A DNA stretch of 64,000 nucleotides from Amoebophrya sp. A120 (Eukaryota; Protista; Dinoflagellata), in contig CAJINV010000013.1 of NCBI GenBank assembly GCA_905178155.1, positions 2,298,281 to 2,362,280 of the forward strand. Reading direction: 5' to 3'. The position numbers were made by a program, and so were the translations under genes. Of the stretch, positions 50,622-63,100 are shown in pieces. A model generated the notes under the pieces. It saw only the letters and a list, made by a program, of their open reading frames with translations, was not told where the DNA came from and did not search any database. Numbering within the stretch: position 1 is the first letter of the stretch; each line of letters opens with the position of its first letter.

Positions 50622-51178
50622 TCGGAGGCTGTTTCGAATTATTTTGGGGAGAGGATAGGAGAAGCGAAGGGGCCAAAAGCACCAGTTGTAGCAGTAGGAA
50701 TACCGGGACGTCGCAAAAAAAGGCAAGACAGCAGATTCCATATACCAACGGATTATTGTGCGTCGGGACCACCCGGAAAAACAAAAATTGCCACTGTGAA
50801 GCACCAGATGAACGAGGGAAGCAGCGGCCTGACTCGAAAAAAATCATTTCTTTGTCCACCTCGTCAACAAGAAGCAAGAAAACTCAGAAATCCACAACAG
50901 CAAGAAGCGGCCCAGCGCAACCTTCGTCACCGGCAGCGCAGAAAAGTCAAAACCGCCTGCGTTGGAGGTGCAGGAGACGCAGCGACCGGAGTTACGGGCC
51001 TTGCGAGTGGTCAACAGGAGGTAGTTCTAAGGACGCGGTGGAAATAAGAAGCATACAAGAGGACGTGGATGGCCACTTGATAACGAGAGCTCTATCTTCG
51101 TTGAATCACAGCGAAAGCAGCGCCAAAAACTTATATCCGCCCAGCAAAGCCAGACCCAAGCCCCGGCGGCGGAAAAAG

Positions 51179-54100
51179 ATGCAGAGCCTCTTTCTCCTTT
51201 TGAGACAAAAGTTAGATCTCTTCAAAACCGAACTCTTCGCCTTCCTCTACCTCTTGTTCCTTCTCTTCTTCACCACTTTTCAAATTTTCCACCCCGCGCA
51301 CGCGGTGTGGCAAACCGGGTGCTCCGACAGCCGCAGTGTGCAACTGGTGAAGGAGAGGAATGCGCCGGTCAACCTGGGCGGGCTGCGGTTCCACATCCAA
51401 AAAGAGGATCAAATAGACAAAGTCGTCGAGGTGGCGGTGAGGGCAGAGAAGGGTCTGCTGGAGATGCAAGACCTGTCTGGACTCGTTTTCCACAACTTGA
51501 CCGAAAATCTCATCCGCTTCCGCGGCACGCACCACAAGGTCCAGGAAGCGCTGCAGAAGCTGCATTACTTCCCCCAAGCTGACCACTACCACCTGGTGGA
51601 CGATATCGAAATCACGTGTTTCTGGACCAATTTTGGCGCGAACCCTTTCCAGAACATGCTGCGGCAGAACAGACTGGTGAAAAAAATGCACATTGAGTAC
51701 CTCGACGCGCCCCTGTTTCTCCATTTCGCCGGGGAACAAGGGAAGCTGTTACGCGCGAACGAGGACGAGACGCTGCTCCTGCGGAATATCAGCATTTCCG
51801 ACCCGCTGTTCCCGGAGTCGAAATACTCGAGCAACCTGGTCCACAGCCGGAACCAGCACGTGTTTCAGCAGTTCACCACCGTGACAACCACCAAAGTGAA
51901 CGTGACCATTACCGCCGGCACCTTTGGCGAGGTGGCGTGGTTGAACGAGCACTTCTCCTACGAAACCTCGCAAACCCGGTCCATCTCCCACCTGAACATT
52001 TTACTGGAAGAATCCCCCCCGAAGTTCCGACCCAGCGCGGACTTCGCCACCAGTCTGTGCCACCACCTGGTGGACGTGACGGTAAAAGTCGTCGATGTCA
52101 ACAACCCGCAGCGGTACGTGGAGGACACGCTGCTGATCGAGGTCATCGAGAAGCCGGACCCGATTTTGCTGAAATTCTCCACCGACTCGGAGTATTTGCA
52201 AAACTCCATCGTGAAGAAACTCCCGGTGACCGACTCGTTCGGAACCGGGATCCGACGGGACGACCAGGTGCTGGAAGTCCGGCAATCTCTCCAGCTCCCG
52301 CAAATTCAGCTGCACGACGTGGACCACTGCTGTTTTTCCTATCCTGAGTAAAAACGTACCCACACCATGGTCAAGATGGGGAATCGGCTAGACAAATCCA
52401 CAAGTTTTGGCTGTTTTGCATGACAAATTTGGATTCGTAGTGTAGTGCTGTTTGAGCTAGCTCAGCAGCATCACAGATCTAGCATGCCATGCTGATTGGA
52501 GCATGACAAATTGCAAAACACGACTAGAAAATGCTTCTCATGGGGCTCCGCATGAGAAACATTTTCAGCATGCAGATTTGCATGACAACTCCGTAGCCAT
52601 TTTGGCTCAAGGCTTTGCCTTGTTGCCTGAGATCCAACAAATCTAGAATAGGGGGAGCTATGCCGTAGAGTAGATACGATAACTCACAATCATTTACCAC
52701 CACTGACACCACGTCGGTATCTCCCCCGACTCCCTGAAGAGGAGTTTCGAAAGAAGTAGATAAACACCCGAGCGTGGCGGGTCCGCTGTGCCCCCCTTTA
52801 CAGTAGCCTACTAGATCTCCGGCCCCCCTTTACACTAGCCGAGATCTCAGAACCAGCGCCCCGTGCTGCCGAGTACCCCTCCTAAAAATGACCTCCTCCC
52901 CGCCCGGACACGGCGCCTGAATCCTGCAGCAGTCGTCCACGCACCATCCTGCGCAGGAGCAAGGTCCTCGCTTAGCCTGACGGGCATGGGCAGCAACTTC
53001 TCCATGTTCGCGGCAGAACCGGAATACGAAATCAGACCGGGGCAGGAGTTCTGGAAAGGGTAAAGTCCACCATGCCGCCGGTGGATTAAGCAGCTCGGGT
53101 AGGCTTCGGCAAACGGACACCAGGTCGAGGTTTCGCGAGCGTGGATGCCCCCCAGCTCGCCCAAGCCAGTAGCAACAAGCTCAATCGAGCCTTGTTTCCC
53201 AGCACAATAGATGCGATGTAGGGGCGCACAATAGATGCGAGCTCAAGGCTTGGCAGCGCTGGGGGAGATGGTGTTGCCCACGACGCGGGAATATTCCCGC
53301 CGTGGAATCGAGAATGAACCTGGCGCCGACGTTTTGCGCTTCTGTGTTGCGCCCGCATGGGCAGCGGTCCGCGTGCAGAAACGTGCTCTACTTGAGCAGC
53401 CTCGCCAATCGTGTATCTGTACCCCGCACTTTCGGTCATGTGTAAAGCAATCGCCGATCATGATCGCCAAATCCGGCGGTCAGGTGGATCAGCATTAAAT
53501 CTCGCACCTCTTACCTTTAATTTGGATGTTTAAACATCACTTTAGGCTGGCGCTTGTCGCTTAGTGCCTCCAGTGAATGCATTCGTCCAGACAGTAACAA
53601 CTGGTTTGCCGCAGGCTGCAGCTTTCTCTTGTAGTTGTGGGGCTGGCTGTACATCCCCGTTATAGTGGTTGCGAGTTGGAAGTTTGCGAGAATCAGTAAG
53701 GAATTGTTGGCAAAAAAAAAAGCGAGGCGTTGTTCAGTTGGCAAGTTGGCACAGTATGGTTGTTGGCGCAGTATGGTTGGTTGGCGAGATCAGAGTTGGG
53801 ATATAGTGGCCGGGAGATGATGGTGATGGCACTTCGGTGTCCGCCTGACCCACCCGCCCTGCGTGCCAAGCCATCTGCGGCCATGGTACAATGGGGGGGC
53901 AAAGTGTGTCGCATTTTGTTTAGCATGACAACTCTGGTGTGGGTACGTTTTTACTCAGGATATTTCCGGCTCGGAATTCACCAACGATGAGTCTCTCGCG
54001 GTCATCGTGCACGTCCCGTTCGTGAAGATGCAAATCTTATCCGTTGCAGATATTGCATGTCTGGGTCTGGATTTGTGATGCGAGATCTGAAGGACAACAA

Positions 54101-57100
54101 GATCTGCGATGCATGAATACGATGGGCACTTTTTTTTGTGATGCTGGAAGCCGGTTTGTCATGCGTTTTACGAATGAAAAATCTAAAGAATAAGCCTCGC
54201 CAAACTTCTGATGCTGGCATGCCATACAAGCGGCTCCTTTGCGATGCGAGTATCAGCTACACAAATTTATTCCAGCGCCAGGCATGTCTGCAATGCATAT
54301 ATCTCCCCGTCGCCCTACGTGTCGCAAGCGAGCTGCCTCTGGTCCACCGTGGACCAGTCCGGGGCGTACCAGGTGAACAACGGGGGTTTCGTCACCAAAA
54401 TGGACTTCTACTACGCGCAGCACGCGAACCGGCCCAGCTACGACATCATCAAGGGTCTGCGTGGTCCGAGCGAGGACCCGAACGAAAAAGTGGACAACAT
54501 GGTCGGAAAGCGGTCGAAGACGATCCAGACGGGCGGCGTGTGGGCGCAGCGGGTGCAGCTGCACGTGAAAAACTACAAGGCCTTCCCCGGCCTGCGGTTC
54601 GAGCTTTTCGGGTGCGACGACGAAGAGCTCTTTGTCGGGGGCCACTTGTTCACGCAGTTGTTCGACGAATTTCAGGACCACCCGATGGCGGCCGGAGCCG
54701 GGTCCGCGGTGAAAAGCGTCGGGACCGTGCCCTCGAACGTCACCTGTAGTGCGAACATCACCACCAACGCGCACCTGGCGCTGAAGGACCACAACGGCTA
54801 CCCCATCGACACGGACGAGAAGTGTCGCGCGCAGTGCCTGTTCCCCGGCAACAAGTGTGGGTCCTACTCCTTCTCCACCCGACCGCTCTACGTCCAACGG
54901 GCGCAGTGCTTTCTGTACCAAGACGCGTGCAACAACTACGTGTCTGGCGGGATTGAGTCGGTGGAAGCGGTGTTGACCGAGGCTTTGACCGGCCAGACGC
55001 ACGACAACAACCAGCCGGTGTTTGTGTTCACCTACAGACGCGCGCTTCCCGTGAAGAACCAGTGCGGCGGGAGGTTCGTGAAACCGCTCGTGTTCGAGCA
55101 CGAGCAGCAGAAAATCGTGCGCAAGCTGCAGTGGTCCTCCAGTCTGTTCAACTACGACCGGAGGTTTCTGAACGAAGACACGGGCCGGTCGCGACAGTTC
55201 GCGACCTCCGGGAAAAAGTACGGCACGGCGAGCGAGGAGGCGAAGCTGTTCATGACCAGCTACGGGGCCAGCAAGGAAACGAAGGAACTCTCCGCGTCGG
55301 CGGTGGTGGGGTCCACCTCCAATTTGCAGCCGCTATACGATAAGACTGACGAGTACAAGAAGCGCAACGTGTATTCCCACTTTTTTCCCGGCGGCGTGAA
55401 CGACAGTGAGAAGGCCTGGGTGCCGCACTTCTGGGACAAGAGGTCCTACGTCGAGGTGATATTCGACCGGCCCTACTGGATTCACAACGTGGTTCTGTCC
55501 GGCGACCCCCGGCCGCAGGGCCTGCTGGCCTGCGTCTCGTGCGGGGCGAGCGCCGAGGCGCTGGTGAACCCGCTCACGCTGACGCGCGACGTGGACACGC
55601 ACTTGGAGCACAAGGCGAAGTCGCATGTGTTTGTGTACGCGGAAAATCAGTACAGCAACGAGACCAGCGAGTTTTTCAAGGACGTTTTTGTGCCGCCACT
55701 CCTGCCCGGCATCACGGTGAAGCGCGGCGCGAATTTGCGGTACAAGGAGGGCGAGCAGGAGGCGATTTCGATCGGCCAGTACCTGAACTTCACCAACCTA
55801 GGGCCGACGGCGTTGCTGAACTTAGAAGTGGAGGTGGTGGACGACACGCCCGACAAACCGCTGCCCACGGATTTGCAACGGACCATCGTGAAGCCGCTGC
55901 TGACGTCGCCGCGGTTGGTGCGAAACACGATGGGAAAGAACTACGCCACGATGTCTCACAAAGCACAGCTCACCGCGGAGGGAAGCCTGACCGCGGAGGA
56001 GCAGATTTTGCTGCAGAAGGTGAACTATGAACTGCAAAAGTATCGTACTCGTATAAATGCATTACAAATTTCCTCAGCATGAGAAATGAAATTTTTAATG
56101 CAGATCTACCTTAGCGAAAGGATTTGTAATGCATGATTGCAATACGAGTGCGATACTTTTGCACAGGATACGAACCAAAACTTCAACCCGAAAACCGTGG
56201 AGATGCTTCCCCCGGTATTGCGAGGAAAAATCCCCCCTCCCCATACCAAACCGGGACACTTCTGAAAATTTGTGATGCTGATTTGAGACCACAAATCGTC
56301 TCTGTATTGCAAGAAGGGAAATCCAAAAACCTCGCCGCGTCCTGCAGGCATTTTGTAATGCTGTAGGGCCTGCGCAGGATATGCCTGTCTTGCTAGGTGC
56401 CTACACCAAACCGCCCGCACTCCGGCTTTGTATCTGCCTGCAGACTTCTACTGCAACACAAAGCCGATTCGTGTACACAAATCCCGCATCACAGATTTCC
56501 ATTGCGATATGGGGAGGGGGGATTTTTCCTTTTGATACCCGGCCAGCTTCCCCGAGGAGGCCCTGACCAACAAGTACTTGGATCTCGGCTTTCTCGCGTC
56601 GAAGCTGCGACTGAGCAAGGAGGAGTACGACGCTTTGCATCACAAAGACTACCAGCTCGTGAGAAACAAGCGGCAGTCGATCGAGCGCATGCGGTATCTG
56701 ATCGAGCAGATGCTGGAGCTGAAGAAGACGCCGATCGTCGAACCGCACGAGCTGTACGAGTGGAGCACGTACAACCGGACCTTGGCTTGCTACAGCTGCG
56801 ACAGCGACCAACTGAACAATTTCTTGCAGAATTTGAAGTACTACCCGAGGAACAACAGGGAAAACGGGTTGAAGCTGATCAAATTGAAATTATTCACCAT
56901 TACCGCTCTGGACCAGCCGGCGGACCGGCAGGAGCAAAACGCCGAGGTCCCCATCTACATCGAGCCGGTTAACAACCAGCCGGTGATTGACGGGAGCAGC
57001 TGTATGCCGAACGAGAACGCCATCCGGTTCATGAAAGAGTTCGACGAGAAAAGCATCCAAATCTCGGACACGGAAAACCCCTTTTCCGGTGCGGAACCAA

Positions 57101-60100
57101 GACCGGTCACGACGACATTTACGGTGGACGGGAAAAGTTACCAGTCCGGGTACCAGGGTTTGACCACCGGCGTGAAAAAGGACCCAAAAGCGACCTATCA
57201 CGAGCCGCACGGCTACGTCGGGATCGTTCCGGGGGAGGACGAGCAGGAAAAACTGGTGGAAAAGTACCGGAAAAGCCGGGAACTGTTTGAGAAAATGAAG
57301 CAACAGCCTCTGATCGATGAACAGTGGAAGGACAGTTTGGAGGCGATGGCAGAAAAATACACGTTCTCCGTGGAGGGACACGAGGTGGACCAGAAACTGT
57401 GCTTCGAGTTGGAAGACGACGCGTACGAAAACCGCAAAAACTTTTTGCAGCTCACCGTCTCCGCCTCGATCGGTCGGATCAAAATCTTCAGTTCCCGCTA
57501 CGCCCACATGTTCGAAATCGAGTGCACCAAGCGGGAGGCGAAACAGTGGCGGAGCCGGGTGAGGACCTACGAACTTGCCGAGTTTGACGCCTGCAAGCTG
57601 ACCACGAAGCCAATGTCGGAGCCGAGCTACGCGGTTGTGGAGGAAGTTTTGGCGAACTTGCTGTACACCCCGCCGGCGTACTACGAGGGGGAGATTGAGA
57701 TCAACATCGAGGTGAAAGATTTTGGCTTCCAGGGGGGCAAGGACAGCGGCATGGGCATGTCGACGCAACTCCGGTCGGATGACAAATCGACCTACAGTAC
57801 GGACGAGAGGGAGAAACGGACTTACAAGTCGTTTTCGACACCCTTGTATCAAATGAAAACATGTCTGGGTCTGGGAGATTTATTGCGAGATTTGTCATGC
57901 TAGTCTGGCATGATTCTGAACTCTGTATTGCGTGGCCGCGAAGGGCTCCTCCTGCCTGTCATGCAAAAACGCAGTTTCTCATGTGGAGTACGCAACTCAG
58001 AACCATGAAAGAAACTTGCAATGCTTGGCAGCGCATTACAGTAAACTCACTCTTCCCTTCCTTGCATCACAAGTTTCCAGACCCGGACATAGTTGCAACG
58101 CATACCTTGGCGCTGAAGGAATTCGAGGAGGGTTTTACGACTTCGGTTTCCTTCACCGGCTACGTCCTTCGGAAAAACCTCCCGCCGCAGATCAGCAAGA
58201 GAATTGAGTTTGAGGAAACCATTTTGAACAACGAGACCATCGTTTTCACGGACGTGGAATTAGCGGACTTCGACGAGCGGCCGCCCAACAACTTCGAGGT
58301 GCCGACGAGCTTCGAGGACCTGAACCAAAAATACGCGGTCACGGAATCCGCGAGGTACACACTGGTCGCCGAAGCCCTCTACGGCTCGGTCGACATCTTG
58401 CCCGAGGGGCGGAGCAAACTCTTGGAGGAAGCGCGGATCCGCGGGAGCCCGTACCCCGCGCGGTACCTCCGCTGGCGGGCGCCAACCGTCGCGGAGTTGA
58501 ACGAGATTGTGAAGTTTGTGTACTACAAACCGCTGGACTTTTTGCAGGGCGACGATGTATTCCAACTGTCGCTGTCCGACGGCGATCCGATCGACAACCG
58601 CACCACAGTCTTGCGCCACGCGATCCGGGTGCACCAGTCTTTGGATCAAATGCCAGAAATCTTGTTGTTGAGCCCGAAGAGAAGAACTGCGTCGGGGCAA
58701 ACCAGAACGTCCGTGGACTTAATCGACGACGTCCGGTTTGACGACGAGTTGGAGAGAAAAAACATCGTGTCCAACAAGGCGACCGGCCTGCCGCTGTCCG
58801 TGGAGGAGTTGAAACGAAACGCGTTCCGGCAGCGGGAGGTGGTTACAAAAATCTTCTCGCACGGCCAGGAAGACATCGGCGCGCAGCTGAACTTCATCCA
58901 GGTTTTGTTTCCCAATCCGGCACAGCTGTTGTACGGCGAGATCGGCGTCAAGGAAAAATGCTGTTTGCTATTTCCGCTCGACGAATACTTCTCGCAAGCG
59001 TTCGACCGGTTCCTGGGAACCAAGTACAAGGCCCACAACGACCCGGAACACAAGGAAAACGACCGGGAACTAGCCATGTCCATGTCCGGGATTGCGCAGC
59101 GGTCGGTCTGGAACGAGTTCTTGAACGCGACCATTTTTCTGCACGATACCCCCCACTGGCACGGCGAGGTGCAGCTTTTTTTCAAGTGGTGCCTCTACGA
59201 GAACGGGGAGACTTTTGAGCAAACGTGCGTGTTCGAGGAGAACGTAATCCTCCGCGTCAAGCAAGTGGACGACCTGCCTCGGGTTTTCTCCACCCAGTAC
59301 CCCTTCTGGGACACGATCAAGCTCCCGCAGAAAGCCGCGGAAAGCCAGGACTTGGAGTTTAAATGCTGTTTTGAGGTGATCGATCCGGACCAAATGCCGT
59401 TCGACAAAATTAAGAACAGCATCCAAGAGTCCGAAGATTTAGTCCCCTCGGCCCTCACCGGGTTCCCTATTTCCCGGTTCAACACGACGGAAAAGGGCTT
59501 TCAGTGGGAGGAGCAGGACGGGAGCTTTCCCATTCAGGCGAGGATCACGGCGGAGTTCGGGGAAGTGTTTCTCCCGAACACGAAGGACTTGGTCGCGGAC
59601 GTCTCGTTTAAACAAGAGGAAAGGTACACGGTGAAGTCCACGAAGGAGATCAAAGTTCTCGGGTACCCGTTTCTGCTGGAAAAAGCGTTGGCAAATTTGG
59701 TGTACAGGCCGAAGCTCGGCCGAAACAACCGGAACAGCCCGCCAGACAGCGTGTGCGTCACTCTGTCGGACTACTTTGACGAACGGCACAATATATCGCA
59801 CGGAAAAAGTGTTTCATTGTAAGCATTTTGCAAGTTTTGCATCACAAAGTTGTTGTACATCACAGAGAAAATTTGCCATGCGAAAATCCTAAGGGAAAGG
59901 CCAGGTAAAAATCATTGGCTTGCATATGTAGCAAGACAAAAACTTCTCAAATACATTTTGTGCATTACAAGTTTACAGTGAAACAGTTTTTTCTTGCGAT
60001 ACAACAAGTACAGCTTCAACCTGTACCGCTCGTTCCGCACCTTCAACAACTCCGGTCTGGAATTTGACATGATGCCCGAGGCGAACCCGCGGATCAGCCG

Positions 60101-63100
60101 GTCCTGTTATTGCAAGGAAAAATTCCCCCTCCCCATATTGAAAGCGCATCCCTCTGAAAATTTGTGATGCAGATTTGTGGCCACAAATTGCAATAAAGCA
60201 CAATCAGGCTGTCCGCCACGTTATGTCAAGGCGATTTGTAATGCTGGAAGGCCTACAGGGAGGGTAGCCGTCTACCATGCTAGGCGCGTACGCCTCCAAA
60301 AGGCCCCCGCCTAGGCCCAGGATCTGCGTGCATTCATTCCGCTACTGCAACACAAATTTGATTTGTGTATACAAATCCAGCATCAGAAGTTTCGGTTTGA
60401 TATGGGGATGGAGGATTTTTCCTTTTGATACCTGTTGGTCGATCGAGGTGGTCGCGGAAAACGAGCCGCCGGTGGTGATCGCGCCGGAGAAAATCACCGT
60501 GGAGATCCAAACCAACACGGAGACCGTGAACGAGAAAACCTCTATGGCCGTGACGGATTTGAGCCTGTTCGGCGGCGACACGGAACTGGCCGTCGTGGAT
60601 GGGATCGTTTCCATTGAATCCGCAGCGGAATGGTTTCTGGAGCCGCGGAAGTCGAACAACCAAAATGTGGAGCGAAAGGAAATCAACGCCGGCTTTTGGA
60701 TGACGATGAAGCCGGGCGAAATCTCCGTGGACGACAAGGACACCCCGTCGAAGCACATCGAGCGCGTGGAGTTCTACTCCGAGAAGCAAGCGGAAATCTT
60801 GGTGAAAGGGTGCAGTCCGCACTTCATGCGGCGCGAGGCGAACAGCCCGACGCCCTTTGCGGGCCGGGAAAGGTTTTTATCCGCTCGGGAGAGGAGTCGG
60901 CTGGAGTTCCGGCCGAAAACGGAGTCGGAATTTCAAAAGTCCGGGGTGGCGAACAACTGGTACCTGACCGGGCCGCTGTACGTCATCAATGACTGTCTCA
61001 AGTACCTCGCGTACAAACCGAAGGGTGCGGTGGTGGAGACCGACACGGATTTCGTCACGATTTCGGTCCAAGACGTGGACGGTGCGGTGTCCGAGAAGCG
61101 GATCGAGGTCAATTTCAAAATCCTGCGCGACAACTGGAACGACGTCGGTCCGGTGGTTTTCAAGCAGCGGCACCTGCAGCCGTTTCCAGAAACGACTGCC
61201 TTCCCGTTGGAGATTTTCTACAACGAGGTCACGGCCCGGGACCGGCGGGTGATTTTGAAAATTCAGACGCGGGACGAGCAGTCGATTTTGTTGGAAGACC
61301 AAGCGGTGCACCCACACCTGGACTCCATATCAAATGCAAATATGTCTGGGTCTGGAAACTTGTGATGCTAAAATGTGGATGATAGATAGGAAGAGTTCCG
61401 AATGCAACCCAGCATGACAACTTTCCACAACGCTTTCTCGTAGGCAATCCGCATGAGCAACTGCGTTGTGGCATGTACAAAAGAGGCTGCGACTTTTGTT
61501 GATTTTGCAAGACAGATTTCCTAGGTATGGAAAGCTAGCATTACAAGTTCCAACCTTCCAGACCCAGACATATTGGCAATGCATACTCCACGGACGAGAA
61601 CAACAAGCCCCCGCAGCCAATGGAGGTGTGGGAAAAGTATCTGGAAAAAAATCCAGATTTGAAGGCGAAGTTCGACTCGAAGAAGATTTTATCTCCCTTG
61701 CTCTCCTTTCGCGCCGCGAAGGTGCCGTACAAGTACCTCGAAGACCGGGGCGCGTACAACGGGAGCTACATCGAGTTGATGGGGAGGCTATCAAATGTAA
61801 AAATGTCTGGGTCTGGAAGAAATCAGACATTTGTCATGCATTTTCTACATCTACAAAAAGTGCACACTGAGCATGACAAACTCTGTGGAGGCTTCTCCAT
61901 GCCTATTCCGCATGACAAATGGCGCCAGGGTTGCTAATTTAAAGACTGCGCTAAGGCAGCGCCCCCCTTCCCCAAGGGGCCCCCCCGGGGCGGGCGCGGT
62001 GGCGGCTCTGCAAATGCGGAGCTCCGCGGGCCGATTCTCTGAAAACGCATAAGGAAGGGTGCGGGAAACAGATCGGCAAAAGGTGTCTGAAAGGGACACG
62101 CCGTTGGGTCGTCCGCCATCGTGATAGGATCACCGTGTCTGATCAACAGGCCCCCAGTATATTTTTTAGCGCGCAACCGGCCACAGAAGTAAGAACCGAG
62201 CAAGTTTGTAAGACTACCCCATCAAGGCAAAACTGGAGCTCCAGCTTGCTCGCGGGCTTGGATGGTAAGGCAGGGCAGCCACACATAGCGCCCACTGGTT
62301 GCAGCCATGCGTAAGCAATCGATAGCGGTTTTGCAGGTGCGGCCGGGTGGTAGTTAGGAAGTGGACCGGGTCTCCACCTAGGGGTATCGGCAGAGGCTAA
62401 ATCTGTTCTAACGCCCAGGTATTGGCAGAGGCTAAATCTGTTCTAACGCCCACCCGCCAGGAGTTAAATGGTACTACTACTACTACTACTACTACTGGAG
62501 ACAAAATTCGGGCGCCTGTTGCTGACTACGCAATACAGATTTTTGCCTGTTCCAGAATCCGCATCACAAGTTCGCATCCTTCCAGACCCAGACATTTTTA
62601 CATTTGATAGAGGGTGGACATGGTCCAGGAAGCGGTCCACGATCTGCTTTACACGCCCTACAGACAGTACGAAAACAATTTTGCGGGCGAGGCGATCATT
62701 TTCAACGCGACCCTGCTCGCGGAAAACACGATGACCAAGGGCCAGTTTGACTACATCGGGTCCTACTCCTGCAACCGGATTTTGCCGATTGACCGGGAAG
62801 TCGGGAAGTTCTACCAGGGGCTCACGCACAGCTTGCCGAGGCTGAAGTTACGGCCGTTTTCGATGGTGGGTGTGGTGAACTCAGTTGTTTCATCGGGGAT
62901 GATGAACAAGGGAAAGTCTTCCTATGTCGAGGGAATTGTCGAGGAAAAAACGATCAACGTGACGCAAGTGTCGAAAAGGTTTTCCCTGTACGATCTCGGC
63001 TTTCATTTCTACTACAAGGGGGAGGAGTACGGCGACATCGCCCCCTTGCCGGAGTTAGAACTGATGTCTTATTTCGTGGCCGTGGAGCTCAAGGTCGACA

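Larger units (their letters stand above)
52340..53962. mobile_element. Introner family A, 1623 bp, carrying a 1.33-kb nested insert
   Basis: Perfect 28-bp TIR tatcctgagtaaaaacgtacccacacca; DR tttcc/tttcc; first ~250 bp homologous to 271-552. Confidence 0.92.

Noticed and set aside
50079-51178. Separate gene or N-terminal extension upstream of the adhesin
   Set aside because: Two overlapping low-complexity ORFs with composition unlike the downstream exons; a signal-like segment begins after ATG 51179. Unresolved without transcripts.
52590-52700. SL RNA gene
   Set aside because: The SL is followed by GC rather than the GT donor, is single-copy here and lies at the edge of a TSD-flanked insert, so a retroposed transcript fits better.
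54253-61317. Long minus-strand ORFs (e.g. 54253-55101, 56890-57852)
   Set aside because: They are antisense shadows of GC3-rich + strand exons with no recognisable motifs.
13255-62609. Recurrent peptides MSGSGR, CKNVWVWK, FQTQTFLHLI and YGEGGFF in the ORF track, suggesting a repeat-protein family
   Set aside because: They are translations of introner TIRs.
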